Counted from the stretch's first letter, positions 9,637 through 20,297 are shown. The stretch is DNA of 49,904 bases from an uncultured Bacilli bacterium (GCA_947627915.1 CANQXT010000003.1:1-49904), one strand, 5' to 3'. The notes: generated from the sequence alone by a model not told the origin. Numbers and translations: made by a program.

Positions 9637-11943
9637 ATGAAATGTAAAAAATGTGGTGTGATAAATCAAGAAGGTTCCGATTATTGTAGTAATTGCGGTA
9701 ATAAATTAGATATTCCTAATTCTAAAAATAATTCTAAAATAATTATAATAATAGTAATTATAGTTTTAATAGGTGGTTGTGGTGGTTACTTTTTAATTAA
9801 AAGTTTAACTGGTTTTAAAGATCCATTTCCTAGTATTGATGATTTAGCTATTAAAGATAATAATATTATAATACCAACAAAAATTGGTAATTCAGATAAT
9901 ATATTTATGGATAAATTATATAAAGATTATGAAAAAGGAACTTTAAATGCTGATGAATATATTATGCAATTTGCATATGCTATATATGAAAATGATAAAT
10001 TAGATAATAAATATAAAAATAGTAAAATGGATTTTTCTAATATAGCTGAGTTATATAAAAAAGCAGAGAAGTTACAAGATGAACTATCAGATGATACTAT
10101 AATTTATTTATATCAAAAATATACCCTTGGTAATATAACTTTAGGTGATAGTGAAGATAATCAAGGTATTAGTATTAAAAACAATTTAGAATCATATAAA
10201 GTAGATAAATTAGTAAATGCAGATAATAATGTTAGTAAATTAGATAAAGTTAAATTATCTAGCGATGGTCATTTTTTAATTTATTATTCAATAGAAGGTG
10301 CTAATGCAACAACAGATGCTAATGTAAATAAAATAGCCGAACATTTAGAATATTCTGTAAGTGAATATAAAAATAAATATGGTTATGAATTTAAATATAA
10401 TGTTCAACGTACAGGTAATAGTGGGGCTCTTTTTCAATCAGCATATACTAGAGCTAGTAATCTTTTGAAAGAAAATAATATAGATGATAAGTATTTAGAA
10501 ATAGCAATGCCTGTATTTATTGTAAATTTGGAAGGTACTAATGCTTTAGGTTTTTATTGTCCTCCACTTGCTTGGTTAGAACAAAGAATGGTCAATATCT
10601 ATAATTTATTTGCTGATTATGGAAAAGTAGTAGATATAATGACTACAACTTATGGTGATCCATTCTTTGTTGTAAATTCTAAATCTACTGATTTTGATAA
10701 TATGAAATTAATAGCATCACATGAGTTATTTCATCATTACCAAAATTATATTTGTGGTAATGGAGAATATACTGCTTGTCCAAGTGGTGATTTTACTATT
10801 GAAACGACAGCTAATTTAATGACTATAAATGTAGCTAACGTTAATAAAGTTGATACTGCTCTTGTTGATCATGCTTATAGTTATATAATGGATGTAGAGT
10901 CAAGCCTCGATAAAGTTGGTTCTAAATTTGGAGCAATTGGATATGGTGCTTATATATTTGGTTATAATTATAGTGAAATTGTCCCTAATGGTATAAAAAC
11001 AATGTTTAATTCTGTTTCTTATGAGAATCCTTTAAAATATATATATGATAATTCAGAAGGAAAGTATAAAGAAGTATTTAATACACTTGCTATCAAAAAT
11101 TTAACACTAGATTATGATAATAAAGTTTTAATTGCTGCTACTGAAGATGAAGTATATTATCCTAATAATCATGCTGATATTACTCCAAACAATCATAAAA
11201 TGAGTGAAAATATTAATTATTCTAGTATTCATTATTATTATATTAATCCAAATAATTATAGTAAAGATGCTCAATTAACATTTAACAGTACGAATGAAGA
11301 TTTGACTTTGCAATTATTTGTTTATGATGAAAATAAATATCAACATTTATATACATATACTTTAGATAAAGATTTTACTATTAATATTGATGATTTCAAT
11401 TATTATTATGAAGTAGTAATTGCTATTGTTAATAGCGAAATTGAAGGAAGTTTAAATTATACATATGAAATTGATAATAGTGGTGATAAAGAACCTACGA
11501 TTACAGCAGAAGATTTAAATTTAAAAAATAATCGTTCTAAAATAGAAAATTCTACAATCTTTAATTGTCATACTATAGAGGATGATGAAGAATTTAAAAT
11601 AATTACACAAGTAAGAATAGAATTTGATAAAAAAGATAAAATAAATGATTTATTTATTAAAAGTACTGCCCAAATTAAAAATTATGATCCTAAAAATCCA
11701 GCATTTAAATTTGCTAAAAATTTAGTAACTACAGTTATTAATGGTATTCAATTAGTATATGAAGAAAAATTTAAAGATTATAAAATAATTACTAATGATG
11801 AAGATGATAGATATAGTATTACTTTAAAAATTAATAAAGATTTTTATGATGTTTTAAACGATGGATTTTCAGTACAATATGAAGATAAATATGATGTTAT
11901 TAAAGAATTTGAAAGTGACGGATATTATTGTACTTATGAATAA
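9637..11943 (+). CDS. Zinc-ribbon, membrane-anchored HEXXH metallopeptidase-like protein
   Basis: CKKCG..YCSNCG, one TM segment, and SHELFHHYQ followed by a candidate third ligand in FTIETTA. Confidence 0.7.
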   Translation: MKCKKCGVINQEGSDYCSNCGNKLDIPNSKNNSKIIIIIVIIVLIGGCGGYFLIKSLTGFKDPFPSIDDLAIKDNNIIIPTKIGNSDNIFMDKLYKDYEKGTLNADEYIMQFAYAIYENDKLDNKYKNSKMDFSNIAELYKKAEKLQDELSDDTIIYLYQKYTLGNITLGDSEDNQGISIKNNLESYKVDKLVNADNNVSKLDKVKLSSDGHFLIYYSIEGANATTDANVNKIAEHLEYSVSEYKNKYGYEFKYNVQRTGNSGALFQSAYTRASNLLKENNIDDKYLEIAMPVFIVNLEGTNALGFYCPPLAWLEQRMVNIYNLFADYGKVVDIMTTTYGDPFFVVNSKSTDFDNMKLIASHELFHHYQNYICGNGEYTACPSGDFTIETTANLMTINVANVNKVDTALVDHAYSYIMDVESSLDKVGSKFGAIGYGAYIFGYNYSEIVPNGIKTMFNSVSYENPLKYIYDNSEGKYKEVFNTLAIKNLTLDYDNKVLIAATEDEVYYPNNHADITPNNHKMSENINYSSIHYYYINPNNYSKDAQLTFNSTNEDLTLQLFVYDENKYQHLYTYTLDKDFTINIDDFNYYYEVVIAIVNSEIEGSLNYTYEIDNSGDKEPTITAEDLNLKNNRSKIENSTIFNCHTIEDDEEFKIITQVRIEFDKKDKINDLFIKSTAQIKNYDPKNPAFKFAKNLVTTVINGIQLVYEEKFKDYKIITNDEDDRYSITLKINKDFYDVLNDGFSVQYEDKYDVIKEFESDGYYCTYE

Positions 11944-11961
11944 TTATATTATGAGGTAAAT

Positions 11962-13173
11962 ATGAAAAAAACGAGTGCAAATTATGATAAAAGTAAATAT
12001 ATTTTATTAGCAATAATTTTATATATAGTTATTATAATTATTGATATATTATGTATTAAAGGTATATTTAAAATATTAAATACTTCTAATGGTGAATTAT
12101 TAATAAATATGCGAATAATTCCTCTATGTATGGTAAGTATTATTCTTACCATTTCTATAATCGCTGGATTTATGGGAACAATTAAAGGTTTACTTCATAA
12201 ACTATTTACTAAAGAAAAAAGTATTAAAAATGATCTTTATTTAAGAGAACTACCTAATAATTTTGGAATAGGAGTAACGACTCTTTTATTTGATTCTAAA
12301 ATAGAGAATGAAAAGGATATTGTGGCTATTATTTTAGATTTATGTGCTCGTAAATATTTATCTTTAACAAAAACGAATGATAAATATATTATAAAAATAT
12401 TAAAGCAAATAGATACAAATTTATTAGATAATGAAAAATATATTATGGAATTATTAATTAATAATAATATTAAAAATATTGATTATTATAAGTGGTATAA
12501 TCTTTGTGAAAATGATGGAAAAAGTTTAAATTTATATTATCGATATACTTCTAAAATAGAAAATAATCGTAAAACTGATAGTATGGATGATATATTACAT
12601 CGAATTAAGAAAAGAAGTATTATTTTAAGTATTATTGTATTTATTATCTTTTCTTTATATACATTTTTCACAAATAATATTTGGAGTGTTGTTCCTAAAT
12701 TAAGTGGAACATATAGTAATACGGCAATTGGTACTGGTATGTTAGCTGTTCTTGTGGCTATTTCTATATCTGGTATTATTGTGGCAGTAATAAGTTATTT
12801 TATTATATACATAATTTTATATTTATGGGAAACGATAAAAACATTTGTAACGTTTAGTTTTCAATCTGGAAGTAATATTAAAAAAAGCAGTTACAATAAT
12901 GTTATGAGTAATAATTTAACGAGGACTAAATATGGTGAAAATGAATATCAAAAATTAGTTTCTTTTAGGAATTTTATTAAAGACTTTGGCGCATTTGCCG
13001 ATAGAGAAGCTAAAGAAGTAGTAATATGGGATCGATATTTATCATATGCTCAAGTATTTGGTTTAACAAAGGAAATAATGCAAACAGGATATAAAGAATT
13101 AATTGATAATGCATCATTTCAAATAGATAATATTGATAATATAAATTTAGATAATATTAAAGTCGAATATTAA
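11962..13173 (+). CDS. DUF2207-like membrane protein (paralogue 2)
   Basis: YLRELPNNFG, AIILDLCARKYL and WDRYLSYAQVFGLTKEIM. Confidence 0.75.
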   Translation: MKKTSANYDKSKYILLAIILYIVIIIIDILCIKGIFKILNTSNGELLINMRIIPLCMVSIILTISIIAGFMGTIKGLLHKLFTKEKSIKNDLYLRELPNNFGIGVTTLLFDSKIENEKDIVAIILDLCARKYLSLTKTNDKYIIKILKQIDTNLLDNEKYIMELLINNNIKNIDYYKWYNLCENDGKSLNLYYRYTSKIENNRKTDSMDDILHRIKKRSIILSIIVFIIFSLYTFFTNNIWSVVPKLSGTYSNTAIGTGMLAVLVAISISGIIVAVISYFIIYIILYLWETIKTFVTFSFQSGSNIKKSSYNNVMSNNLTRTKYGENEYQKLVSFRNFIKDFGAFADREAKEVVIWDRYLSYAQVFGLTKEIMQTGYKELIDNASFQIDNIDNINLDNIKVEY

Positions 13174-13198
13174 TAATAATAGAGTAGTAGGTGATATA

Positions 13199-14542
13199 AT
13201 GTATTTTTTGATTACAAGTGTTTTTACTTTAGCATTGATATTATTTTTAAAAAACATTGGGGATGTTATAAGTATTTTTGCAAGTAAAAATAAATTAGAA
13301 AGAGATAGTTATTGTCGGGAATTTTTAGCTAAAGATCAATATTTTGATTTAAAAATTATGCTATCTTTTATATTACTAATTCTTTTAATTTATGTACGTT
13401 ATTTTACTTCATTAAAAAATAATGATTTTATCTTTTTAGTATTAAATATTATTTTATTTTATATGGCTATTTCTCTAAAAAAAATTATATGTTTAATAAT
13501 TATTAAATATAATGATTTAAAAAGAAAAGCACAAGTAACTAATCATTCTGGGAGTAAAACTCCGTCTTTTATAATACATATTCTATTAGCTTTTGGAGCT
13601 TTATTATTGTGTTCCACTTGGTCTACAATGGGTAATATGCTAGGCTTTTGGCTATTAGTTATTGTAATTCCGTCTTTAATTGGTGAATTAATTGCTATTA
13701 TTAAAAAAAGTATAGATAATAAAAAAATATTGCAAATAGATAATAGTATATATTTAAGAGAACTTCCTAATAATTATGGTATTGGAGTAAATTCGTTACT
13801 TATAGATTCTAATATAGAAAATGATAAAGATATAACTGCAGTTATTTTAGATTTATGTGCGAAAGGATATTTATCAATTAGAAAAGAAAATGATAAATAT
13901 ATCGTAAAAGTATTAAAAAATATTGATAATTATTTATTGAATAATGAAAAATATATATTAGAAAATATTATAAATAATAATATTAAAAATATCGATTATC
14001 AAATTTGGTATGATTTGTGTGTTGAAGATGGTAAAAATTTAAATTTTTATGTACCAGTTAAGAAAAAGAAAACATTAAAAGATATAATTATTGATTTTCT
14101 TAAAAAAATTAATAGTATTCAATGGAATCCGTTAATTGTGGCATTTTTGGGAATATTTGTTTTAATAATTATGTGTATTTGTTTATTAGTATTATTGGTT
14201 CTAGCATTTGTTTATTTGTTATATCGTTTATTTTGTTTTCCTTTTGTAATTATCAATAGTTATAATACAGAAATAAATAATAACTTAAAAAGAACTGATA
14301 ATGGAATAGTAGAATATCGTAAATTAATGGCATTTAGAAATTTTATTAAAGATTTTGGAGCATTTGCAGATAGAGAAGCTAAAGAAGTAGTCATATGGGA
14401 TCGATATTTATCGTATGCTCAAGTATTTGGTTTAACAAAAGAAATAATGCAAACAGGATATAAAGAATTAATTGATAATGCATCATTTCAAATAGATAAT
14501 ATTGATAATATTAGTTTAGATAATATTGAAATATTAAAGTGA
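13199..14542 (+). CDS. DUF2207-like membrane protein (paralogue 3)
   Basis: YLRELPNNYG and AVILDLCAKGYL. The C-terminal region is nearly identical to paralogue 2. Confidence 0.75.
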   Translation: MYFLITSVFTLALILFLKNIGDVISIFASKNKLERDSYCREFLAKDQYFDLKIMLSFILLILLIYVRYFTSLKNNDFIFLVLNIILFYMAISLKKIICLIIIKYNDLKRKAQVTNHSGSKTPSFIIHILLAFGALLLCSTWSTMGNMLGFWLLVIVIPSLIGELIAIIKKSIDNKKILQIDNSIYLRELPNNYGIGVNSLLIDSNIENDKDITAVILDLCAKGYLSIRKENDKYIVKVLKNIDNYLLNNEKYILENIINNNIKNIDYQIWYDLCVEDGKNLNFYVPVKKKKTLKDIIIDFLKKINSIQWNPLIVAFLGIFVLIIMCICLLVLLVLAFVYLLYRLFCFPFVIINSYNTEINNNLKRTDNGIVEYRKLMAFRNFIKDFGAFADREAKEVVIWDRYLSYAQVFGLTKEIMQTGYKELIDNASFQIDNIDNISLDNIEILK

Positions 14543-14549
14543 GAAAAAA

Positions 14550-14861
14550 ATGAAGAAAACTAAAGGAATTATAGATAATGTTAATATAGAATATGAAACA
14601 GAATATAATGATAAAGAAAAAAAATATGAGAAAAAAGAAGTGTATAAATATACATATTCATTTATAGTAGATGATAAGAAATATTTTGGTTATAGTACAT
14701 CATATTATAAGAAAAAGATTGGAAAAAAGATTAGTATATTATATAATCCTACTAATCCTTCAGATAATAAAACTTTAGAAAAAGTGATTTTTCAAATCTT
14801 GGCAATAATATGGGTTATATTTTTATTGATTTTAGTTTTATTTGCATTATTAAATAGATAA
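14550..14861 (+). CDS. Small DUF3592-like protein with a C-terminal TM helix
   Basis: TKGII...YTYSFIVDDKKY...GKKISILYNPTNPS resembles DUF3592. There is no N-terminal TM segment. Confidence 0.55.
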   Translation: MKKTKGIIDNVNIEYETEYNDKEKKYEKKEVYKYTYSFIVDDKKYFGYSTSYYKKKIGKKISILYNPTNPSDNKTLEKVIFQILAIIWVIFLLILVLFALLNR

Positions 14862-14935
14862 AAATTTGTTATTAATATTAAAATAATTGACTAGTAAATC
14901 TAGTCTTTTTATTTTATAATTATGGTGGTGATGAT

Positions 14936-17900
14936 ATGAAAAAACAAGTAGATGGCAATACAGCGTGTAGTAGAATAGCTTACTTATTTAGTGAAATATG
15001 TAGTATATATCCAATTACACCTTCTAGTCCAATGGCCTCAAATATCGATAGTTTAACGCATAGTGATTTAAAAAATTTATATGGAAGTGTACCAAATGTA
15101 ATTGAAATGCAAAGTGAAGCTGGAGCGATTGCCACAATGCATGGTGCTTTATTATCAGGTTCCCTAGCTTCTACATTTACTGCTAGTCAAGGATTATTGT
15201 TAATGATTCCTAATATGTATAAAATAGCTGGTGAATGTTTACCTGGTGTTATCCACGTTGCTAGTAGAACAGTGGCCACTCATGCTTTATCTATTTTTGG
15301 TGATCACTCTGATGTATATGCGACAAGAGAAACTGGTTTTTGTATGTTATCTTCATCTAATGTTGCAGATGCGCAAAACTTAGCTGTTGTTGCTCATTTA
15401 TCTGCTATTAAAGGTAGTCTACCATTTGTTCATTTCTTTGATGGTTTTAGAACTAGTCATGAACTTAATACGATTGATTTAATTGATGAAAAAGAAGTCT
15501 TAAAATTAATTCCTTGGGATAGTATTAATTCATATAAAGAAAAATGTTTAAATGTTAATTGTGGTGTTCAATATGGTTTAGCTGAAAATGAAGATATTTA
15601 TTTTCAATCTGTTGAAGCAAGAAATGAACTTTATTTAAAAATGCCTGATATTGTTAATGAATATATGGAAAAAGTAAATGAAATAATGCATACTTCTTAT
15701 AAACCATTTAATTATTATGGCGATAGTAACGCTACTAATATAATTATTGCGATGGGTAGTGTAACGGATACTATTAAATTAGTTGTAGATGATCTAAATA
15801 AAAAAGGAGAAAAAGTAGGACTTATTAATGTTCATTTATATAGACCTTTTAGTGTTAAATATTTACTTGATGTATTACCTAAATCAGTTAAAAATATAGC
15901 TGTTTTAGATAGAACTAAAGAAGCTGGTAGTATAGGTGAACCTTTATATTTAGATATTGTTAGTGCTCTACATAATAAAGATGTTAATATAGTTGGGGGA
16001 AGATATGGTTTATCTAGTAAGAATACGACACCAAAACAAATCTATAGTGTTTTTAAAATGTTAAATAATGAACTTAAGAATAACTTTACTATTGGTATTT
16101 TAGATGATGTAACTAATTTATCTTTAGAAGAAGAAGATTATAACATTGAACTTAATGCTAAAGAAATAAAAATATTTGGTTTTGGTTCTGATGGTATGGT
16201 TAGTGCTAGTAAAGAAATGTTAAAAATAATAGCTGAAGAAGATTATTATGTGGAAGGTTACTTTGAATATGATTCTAAAAAAAGTGGAGGAGTTACTGTT
16301 TCTAATTTAAGATGGAGTAAAGAAGCCATTAATGCTCCATTCTATGTTGAAAATCCAGAAATAGTAGTAGTTACTAAAGATGAATATTTACAAAGATTTA
16401 AAGTATTAGATAGTATTAAAGAAAATGGTATTTTACTTTTAAATACTAATAAGAATGAAAAAGAATTAAATGAATTTTTACCAAATAATTTAAAAAATAT
16501 TATTCAAAGTAAAAATATTAAAGTATTTTATATTGATGCTTCAATAATTGCTTTAAATAATAATATTAATGGTAAGATAAATAAGATTATAGAAGTAATA
16601 TTATTAAAATTATTAAATATATCTAATGGTTATGAAAAAGTAATTGAGTTAATTAAAAAAGCTTTTCTAACTAAAGGCGAAGATGTTATAAATAATAATA
16701 TTAAAGCTTTACAAAGTTCTTTAGATAATTTAAAAGTATTAGAAAATATTTATGAAATAGATGAGGATGTTAAATTAAAACAAACTATTTTTGAAAAAAT
16801 TAATAGTAGAGAAGGAAATAGTTTAAAAGTAAGTGAATTAGTACCATATCGTAATGGAGCATTTCCTTGTAATTTAGCAGCATTAGAAAAAAGAGGAGTA
16901 TCTTATTTAATTCCTAATTGGGATATAGAAAAATGTATTCAATGTGGAATGTGTAATATTATTTGTCCTCATGGAGTAATAAGACCAATTGTAACGAAAG
17001 ATAATATTGGTAAGAAATATATGGGTAATAATGAATATAATTATTATTTAGCTATATCAGAGAAAGATTGTACTGGATGTGGTTTATGTATTAAAAATTG
17101 TCCAACTAATGCTTTATCATTTGATAAATCTAATAAAGAAAATTTAAAAATTGTTGATAAGTATTTTGAAGATTATGAAAATCCAGAATTATTAGATAAA
17201 TTTAATATTAAAGGAGCTTCTTTACAAAAGAGTAAATTTAAATTTAGTGGCGCTTGTGCTGGATGTGGAGAAACACCATACATAAAGTTATTAACTCAAC
17301 TTTATGGTGATGAATTAGTTATTGCTAATGCAACTGGTTGTTCATCAATTTATGGTGGTAGTGCTCCGTCAACGCCTTATAGTATTCCTTGGGCAAACTC
17401 TTTATTTGAAGATAATGCTGAATTTGCTTTAGGTATTCATTCATCTTATCAAAGTAAAAGAAATAGAATCAAAGAGATTATGGAATTAAGTCTTGCTTCG
17501 GTTGAAGAGGATATTAAAGAACAATTTAATTTATGGTTAAATAATATGGAAGATGTTAAGATAACTACTAGTGTTAAAGAAAACTTAAAAGATAAAAAAA
17601 TTCCCAAAGATTTAAAAGATTTATTAGATTATATTCCATCAAGAGTGGTAGTAGCCATTGGTGGCGATGGTTGGGCTTATGATATTGGTTTTGGAGGCCT
17701 TGATCATGTTTTAAGTCAAAATCAAAATATTAAATGCTTAGTCTTAGATACAGAAGTATATTCTAATACTGGTGGACAAATGAGTAAATCTAGTAAAATT
17801 GGTGCCGTTGCTGAATTTGCTGACTTTGGTAAAAAGACTTATAAAAAAGATTTATTTAGAATTGCAATGAGTTATCCAAATTGTTATGTGGCAAGTATTT

Positions 17901-18271
17901 GTATGGGAGCAAATCCAATGCATACAATTAAAGTTTTGAAAGAAGTTTTTACTCACAAAGGACCAGCTTTAATTATTGCTTATTCACCTTGTGTTGAACA
18001 TGGTATAAAAAATGGTTTATCTTGCGCAACTAGTGAAAGTAAACTTGCAGTTGAAGTTGGTTATGAACTTTTAATGCATTATAATCCAGAAGAAGAAAAA
18101 TTATATTTAGATAGTAAAGAACCAGACTTTAATAGATATCAAGAATTTTTAGATAATGAAGTAAGATTTAAAGCATTAAAAATTAAAGATGAACAACTTG
18201 CTCACGATTTATTAGAATCACAAAAAGAGAACGCTATTAAAAGATATAATTATTATAAAAAATTAGTATAG
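14936..18271 (+). CDS. nifJ: Pyruvate:ferredoxin (flavodoxin) oxidoreductase
   Basis: YPITPSS, MQSEAGA, FFDGFRTSHE, two CxxCxxCxxxCP Fe-S motifs, GACAGCGETPY, and the GGDGWAYDIG TPP-binding motif. Confidence 0.97.
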   Translation: MKKQVDGNTACSRIAYLFSEICSIYPITPSSPMASNIDSLTHSDLKNLYGSVPNVIEMQSEAGAIATMHGALLSGSLASTFTASQGLLLMIPNMYKIAGECLPGVIHVASRTVATHALSIFGDHSDVYATRETGFCMLSSSNVADAQNLAVVAHLSAIKGSLPFVHFFDGFRTSHELNTIDLIDEKEVLKLIPWDSINSYKEKCLNVNCGVQYGLAENEDIYFQSVEARNELYLKMPDIVNEYMEKVNEIMHTSYKPFNYYGDSNATNIIIAMGSVTDTIKLVVDDLNKKGEKVGLINVHLYRPFSVKYLLDVLPKSVKNIAVLDRTKEAGSIGEPLYLDIVSALHNKDVNIVGGRYGLSSKNTTPKQIYSVFKMLNNELKNNFTIGILDDVTNLSLEEEDYNIELNAKEIKIFGFGSDGMVSASKEMLKIIAEEDYYVEGYFEYDSKKSGGVTVSNLRWSKEAINAPFYVENPEIVVVTKDEYLQRFKVLDSIKENGILLLNTNKNEKELNEFLPNNLKNIIQSKNIKVFYIDASIIALNNNINGKINKIIEVILLKLLNISNGYEKVIELIKKAFLTKGEDVINNNIKALQSSLDNLKVLENIYEIDEDVKLKQTIFEKINSREGNSLKVSELVPYRNGAFPCNLAALEKRGVSYLIPNWDIEKCIQCGMCNIICPHGVIRPIVTKDNIGKKYMGNNEYNYYLAISEKDCTGCGLCIKNCPTNALSFDKSNKENLKIVDKYFEDYENPELLDKFNIKGASLQKSKFKFSGACAGCGETPYIKLLTQLYGDELVIANATGCSSIYGGSAPSTPYSIPWANSLFEDNAEFALGIHSSYQSKRNRIKEIMELSLASVEEDIKEQFNLWLNNMEDVKITTSVKENLKDKKIPKDLKDLLDYIPSRVVVAIGGDGWAYDIGFGGLDHVLSQNQNIKCLVLDTEVYSNTGGQMSKSSKIGAVAEFADFGKKTYKKDLFRIAMSYPNCYVASICMGANPMHTIKVLKEVFTHKGPALIIAYSPCVEHGIKNGLSCATSESKLAVEVGYELLMHYNPEEEKLYLDSKEPDFNRYQEFLDNEVRFKALKIKDEQLAHDLLESQKENAIKRYNYYKKLV

Positions 18272-18273
18272 AA

Positions 18274-18309
18274 AAAAATGTTGAAAGCTTAATAGTTTTC
18301 AACATTTTT
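18274..18309 (+). terminator. Intrinsic terminator after nifJ
   Basis: AAAAATGTTGAAAGC ... GTTTTCAACATTTTT inverted repeat. Confidence 0.75.
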
Positions 18310-18317
18310 ATATAAAT

Positions 18318-18413
18318 AAAAAAACGAGAACACATTAACTTGTGTTCTCAAAGAATAAAAAGGGGTTGACTAGTGTGATACTAGCACCAATTCGATAATT
18401 TCCGAATTGGTGA
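18318..18413 (-). ncRNA. Candidate ~95-nt small RNA with its own promoter and terminator
   Basis: Minus strand: TTGACA (18447-18442), 17 bp, TAGGAT (18424-18419); hairpin CACCAATTCG/CGAATTGGTG; hairpin CTAGT/ACTAG; unpaired CAACCCCTTTTTATTC; terminator GAGAACACA/TGTGTTCTC plus a T run. Confidence 0.65.
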
Positions 18414-18480
18414 TTACTATCCTAATCGATTTCACTTAATTTGTCAACACTTTTTTAACACTTTTTATAAAATTTTTTAA

Positions 18481-19866
18481 TTATTTTTTGGGACTCTCTT
18501 TTTCTAGAATATCACGGGCTGCAACTAATCCTGTCGCGGCAGCAGCTACGATATTTCCAGCTTTACCAGCGCCATCGCCAATAAAGTAAATGTTATGATT
18601 TTCTAACTTCATATGATTGTCTGTAGTTATCTCATTACTAAAGAATTTTATCTCTGGTCCATATAGTAAAGTTTCACCATTATTAACCCCAGGGATTATT
18701 TTATCTAATGTTTCCAATCCCTCTAAAATATTTTTAATGATTCTATGAGGAAGAACTAAAGCTAAGTCACCTGCAACAACATCTTTTAAAGTTGGTTCAA
18801 TAAAACCTTTATTTATTCTTTCAAGAGTGCTTCTTCTGCCAGCTTTTAAATCTCTAAGTGATTGAACTATTGGTTTACCATTACCTAGAGTATTAGCAAT
18901 TCGAGCGATACATTCACCATATTCTCTTGTATTAGTGGCTGGATGAGTTAAATTAACTTTGGAAATAAAAGCAAAGTTAGAGTTATTGGATTTAACATCT
19001 TTTAAAGCATGACCATTAACACATATATAACCATAATAATTTTCTTTAGTTACAAAACCTTCTGGGTTAGTACAAAATGTTCTAATTTGATCATTATATG
19101 TAGCAGTTTTAATAAAAATAGTTGGATCATAAATAACACTACATAAATCTTTTAATATTTCTTTTCTCACTTCAACTCTAACACCAATTTCAATACTTTG
19201 AGATATATAAGGTATTTTATATTTATCAGCTAGTTCTTGAACCCATTTAGCACCAGTTCTACCTGGAGCAACTACAACATATTTGGCTTCTACTTCTTTA
19301 TCATTATAGATAACTTTATAAGTTCCATTATTCTCTTCAATATCTGAAACACAGGCATTTTCTAAAATATCTACACCAGCATTTTTTAAATATTCTGTAA
19401 AATTATGAATATATTCTGGTAATTTATCACTACCTAAATGTTTTTGTTTAATTATTAGAAGACTAGCACCTTCTTTAGCAATTTTCTCTTGAATTTTTTT
19501 AGCTTCTTCCATATTCGTTGGATAAACTTTACTATCCATACCAAATTCATTAAATATTTCTTCAGTATCATCAATTAATTTTTCTGCTTCACTAATACTC
19601 ATATATTTATATAAATCGGATTTACCAAGTTTGGGAATAAAATTTAATTTACCATCAGAAAATGTTCCAGCACCACCATAACCTGATAAGATACCACAAG
19701 GATTACAACCAGCACAAATATTAGTTTTTTTCATTGGGCATACCCGATGTTTAGCAAATTTTCCTTGATCTAGTAATAACACTTTTAACTTTTTATTCTT
19801 TTTAATTAATTCATAAGCTGTAAATAAACCCGCTGGACCAGCTCCTATTATAACTACATCATACAT
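18481..19866 (-). CDS. NAD(P)/FAD-dependent oxidoreductase (uncharacterised FAD dehydrogenase family)
   Basis: DVVIIGAGPAG, GGAGTFSDGKL, IGVRVE, RTFCTNP, LLYGPEIKF and FIGDGAG. Confidence 0.9.
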   Translation of the reverse strand: MYDVVIIGAGPAGLFTAYELIKKNKKLKVLLLDQGKFAKHRVCPMKKTNICAGCNPCGILSGYGGAGTFSDGKLNFIPKLGKSDLYKYMSISEAEKLIDDTEEIFNEFGMDSKVYPTNMEEAKKIQEKIAKEGASLLIIKQKHLGSDKLPEYIHNFTEYLKNAGVDILENACVSDIEENNGTYKVIYNDKEVEAKYVVVAPGRTGAKWVQELADKYKIPYISQSIEIGVRVEVRKEILKDLCSVIYDPTIFIKTATYNDQIRTFCTNPEGFVTKENYYGYICVNGHALKDVKSNNSNFAFISKVNLTHPATNTREYGECIARIANTLGNGKPIVQSLRDLKAGRRSTLERINKGFIEPTLKDVVAGDLALVLPHRIIKNILEGLETLDKIIPGVNNGETLLYGPEIKFFSNEITTDNHMKLENHNIYFIGDGAGKAGNIVAAAATGLVAARDILEKESPKK

Positions 19867-19963
19867 TTTATATTACCTCCCTTTAATTTTATCATAATAA
19901 ACTGGATAATAACACTATTTTGTTTTAAAAATATATTTGGTATAATTAATTAAAGGTGATTTT

Positions 19964-20293
19964 ATGAAACCAAAAAATATAATTTTAATAATTTTAATTG
20001 TAGTAATTGCGATTGTAGGAGTAGTATTTTTTTCAACTTCAGATAAACCATTAGATTATGAAGATAAAATTAATGAAGCTGTTTCTAAAGTTAAAGTTCC
20101 TGTCGCTAAAAAGGATATTGTTAAAGGAGAAAAAATAGATTTTGATTTTATTGGAACAATTGATATTGATTTAGATGATATATCTAAAGGTGAAATGATA
20201 AGTTTTAATGAGTTAGCAAATAAAATGGCTAATAAAGATATTAAAAAAGGTGATATCATTAAAAAAAGTGATGTTAGCGATTTTATAAATTAA
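19964..20293 (+). CDS. Membrane-anchored SAF-domain protein (CpaB/FlgA-like beta-clip)
   Basis: N-terminal TM segment, then VPVAKKDIVKGEKI...KMANKDIKKGDII, the duplicated SAF motif. Confidence 0.7.
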   Translation: MKPKNIILIILIVVIAIVGVVFFSTSDKPLDYEDKINEAVSKVKVPVAKKDIVKGEKIDFDFIGTIDIDLDDISKGEMISFNELANKMANKDIKKGDIIKKSDVSDFIN

Positions 20294-20297
20294 TTGG

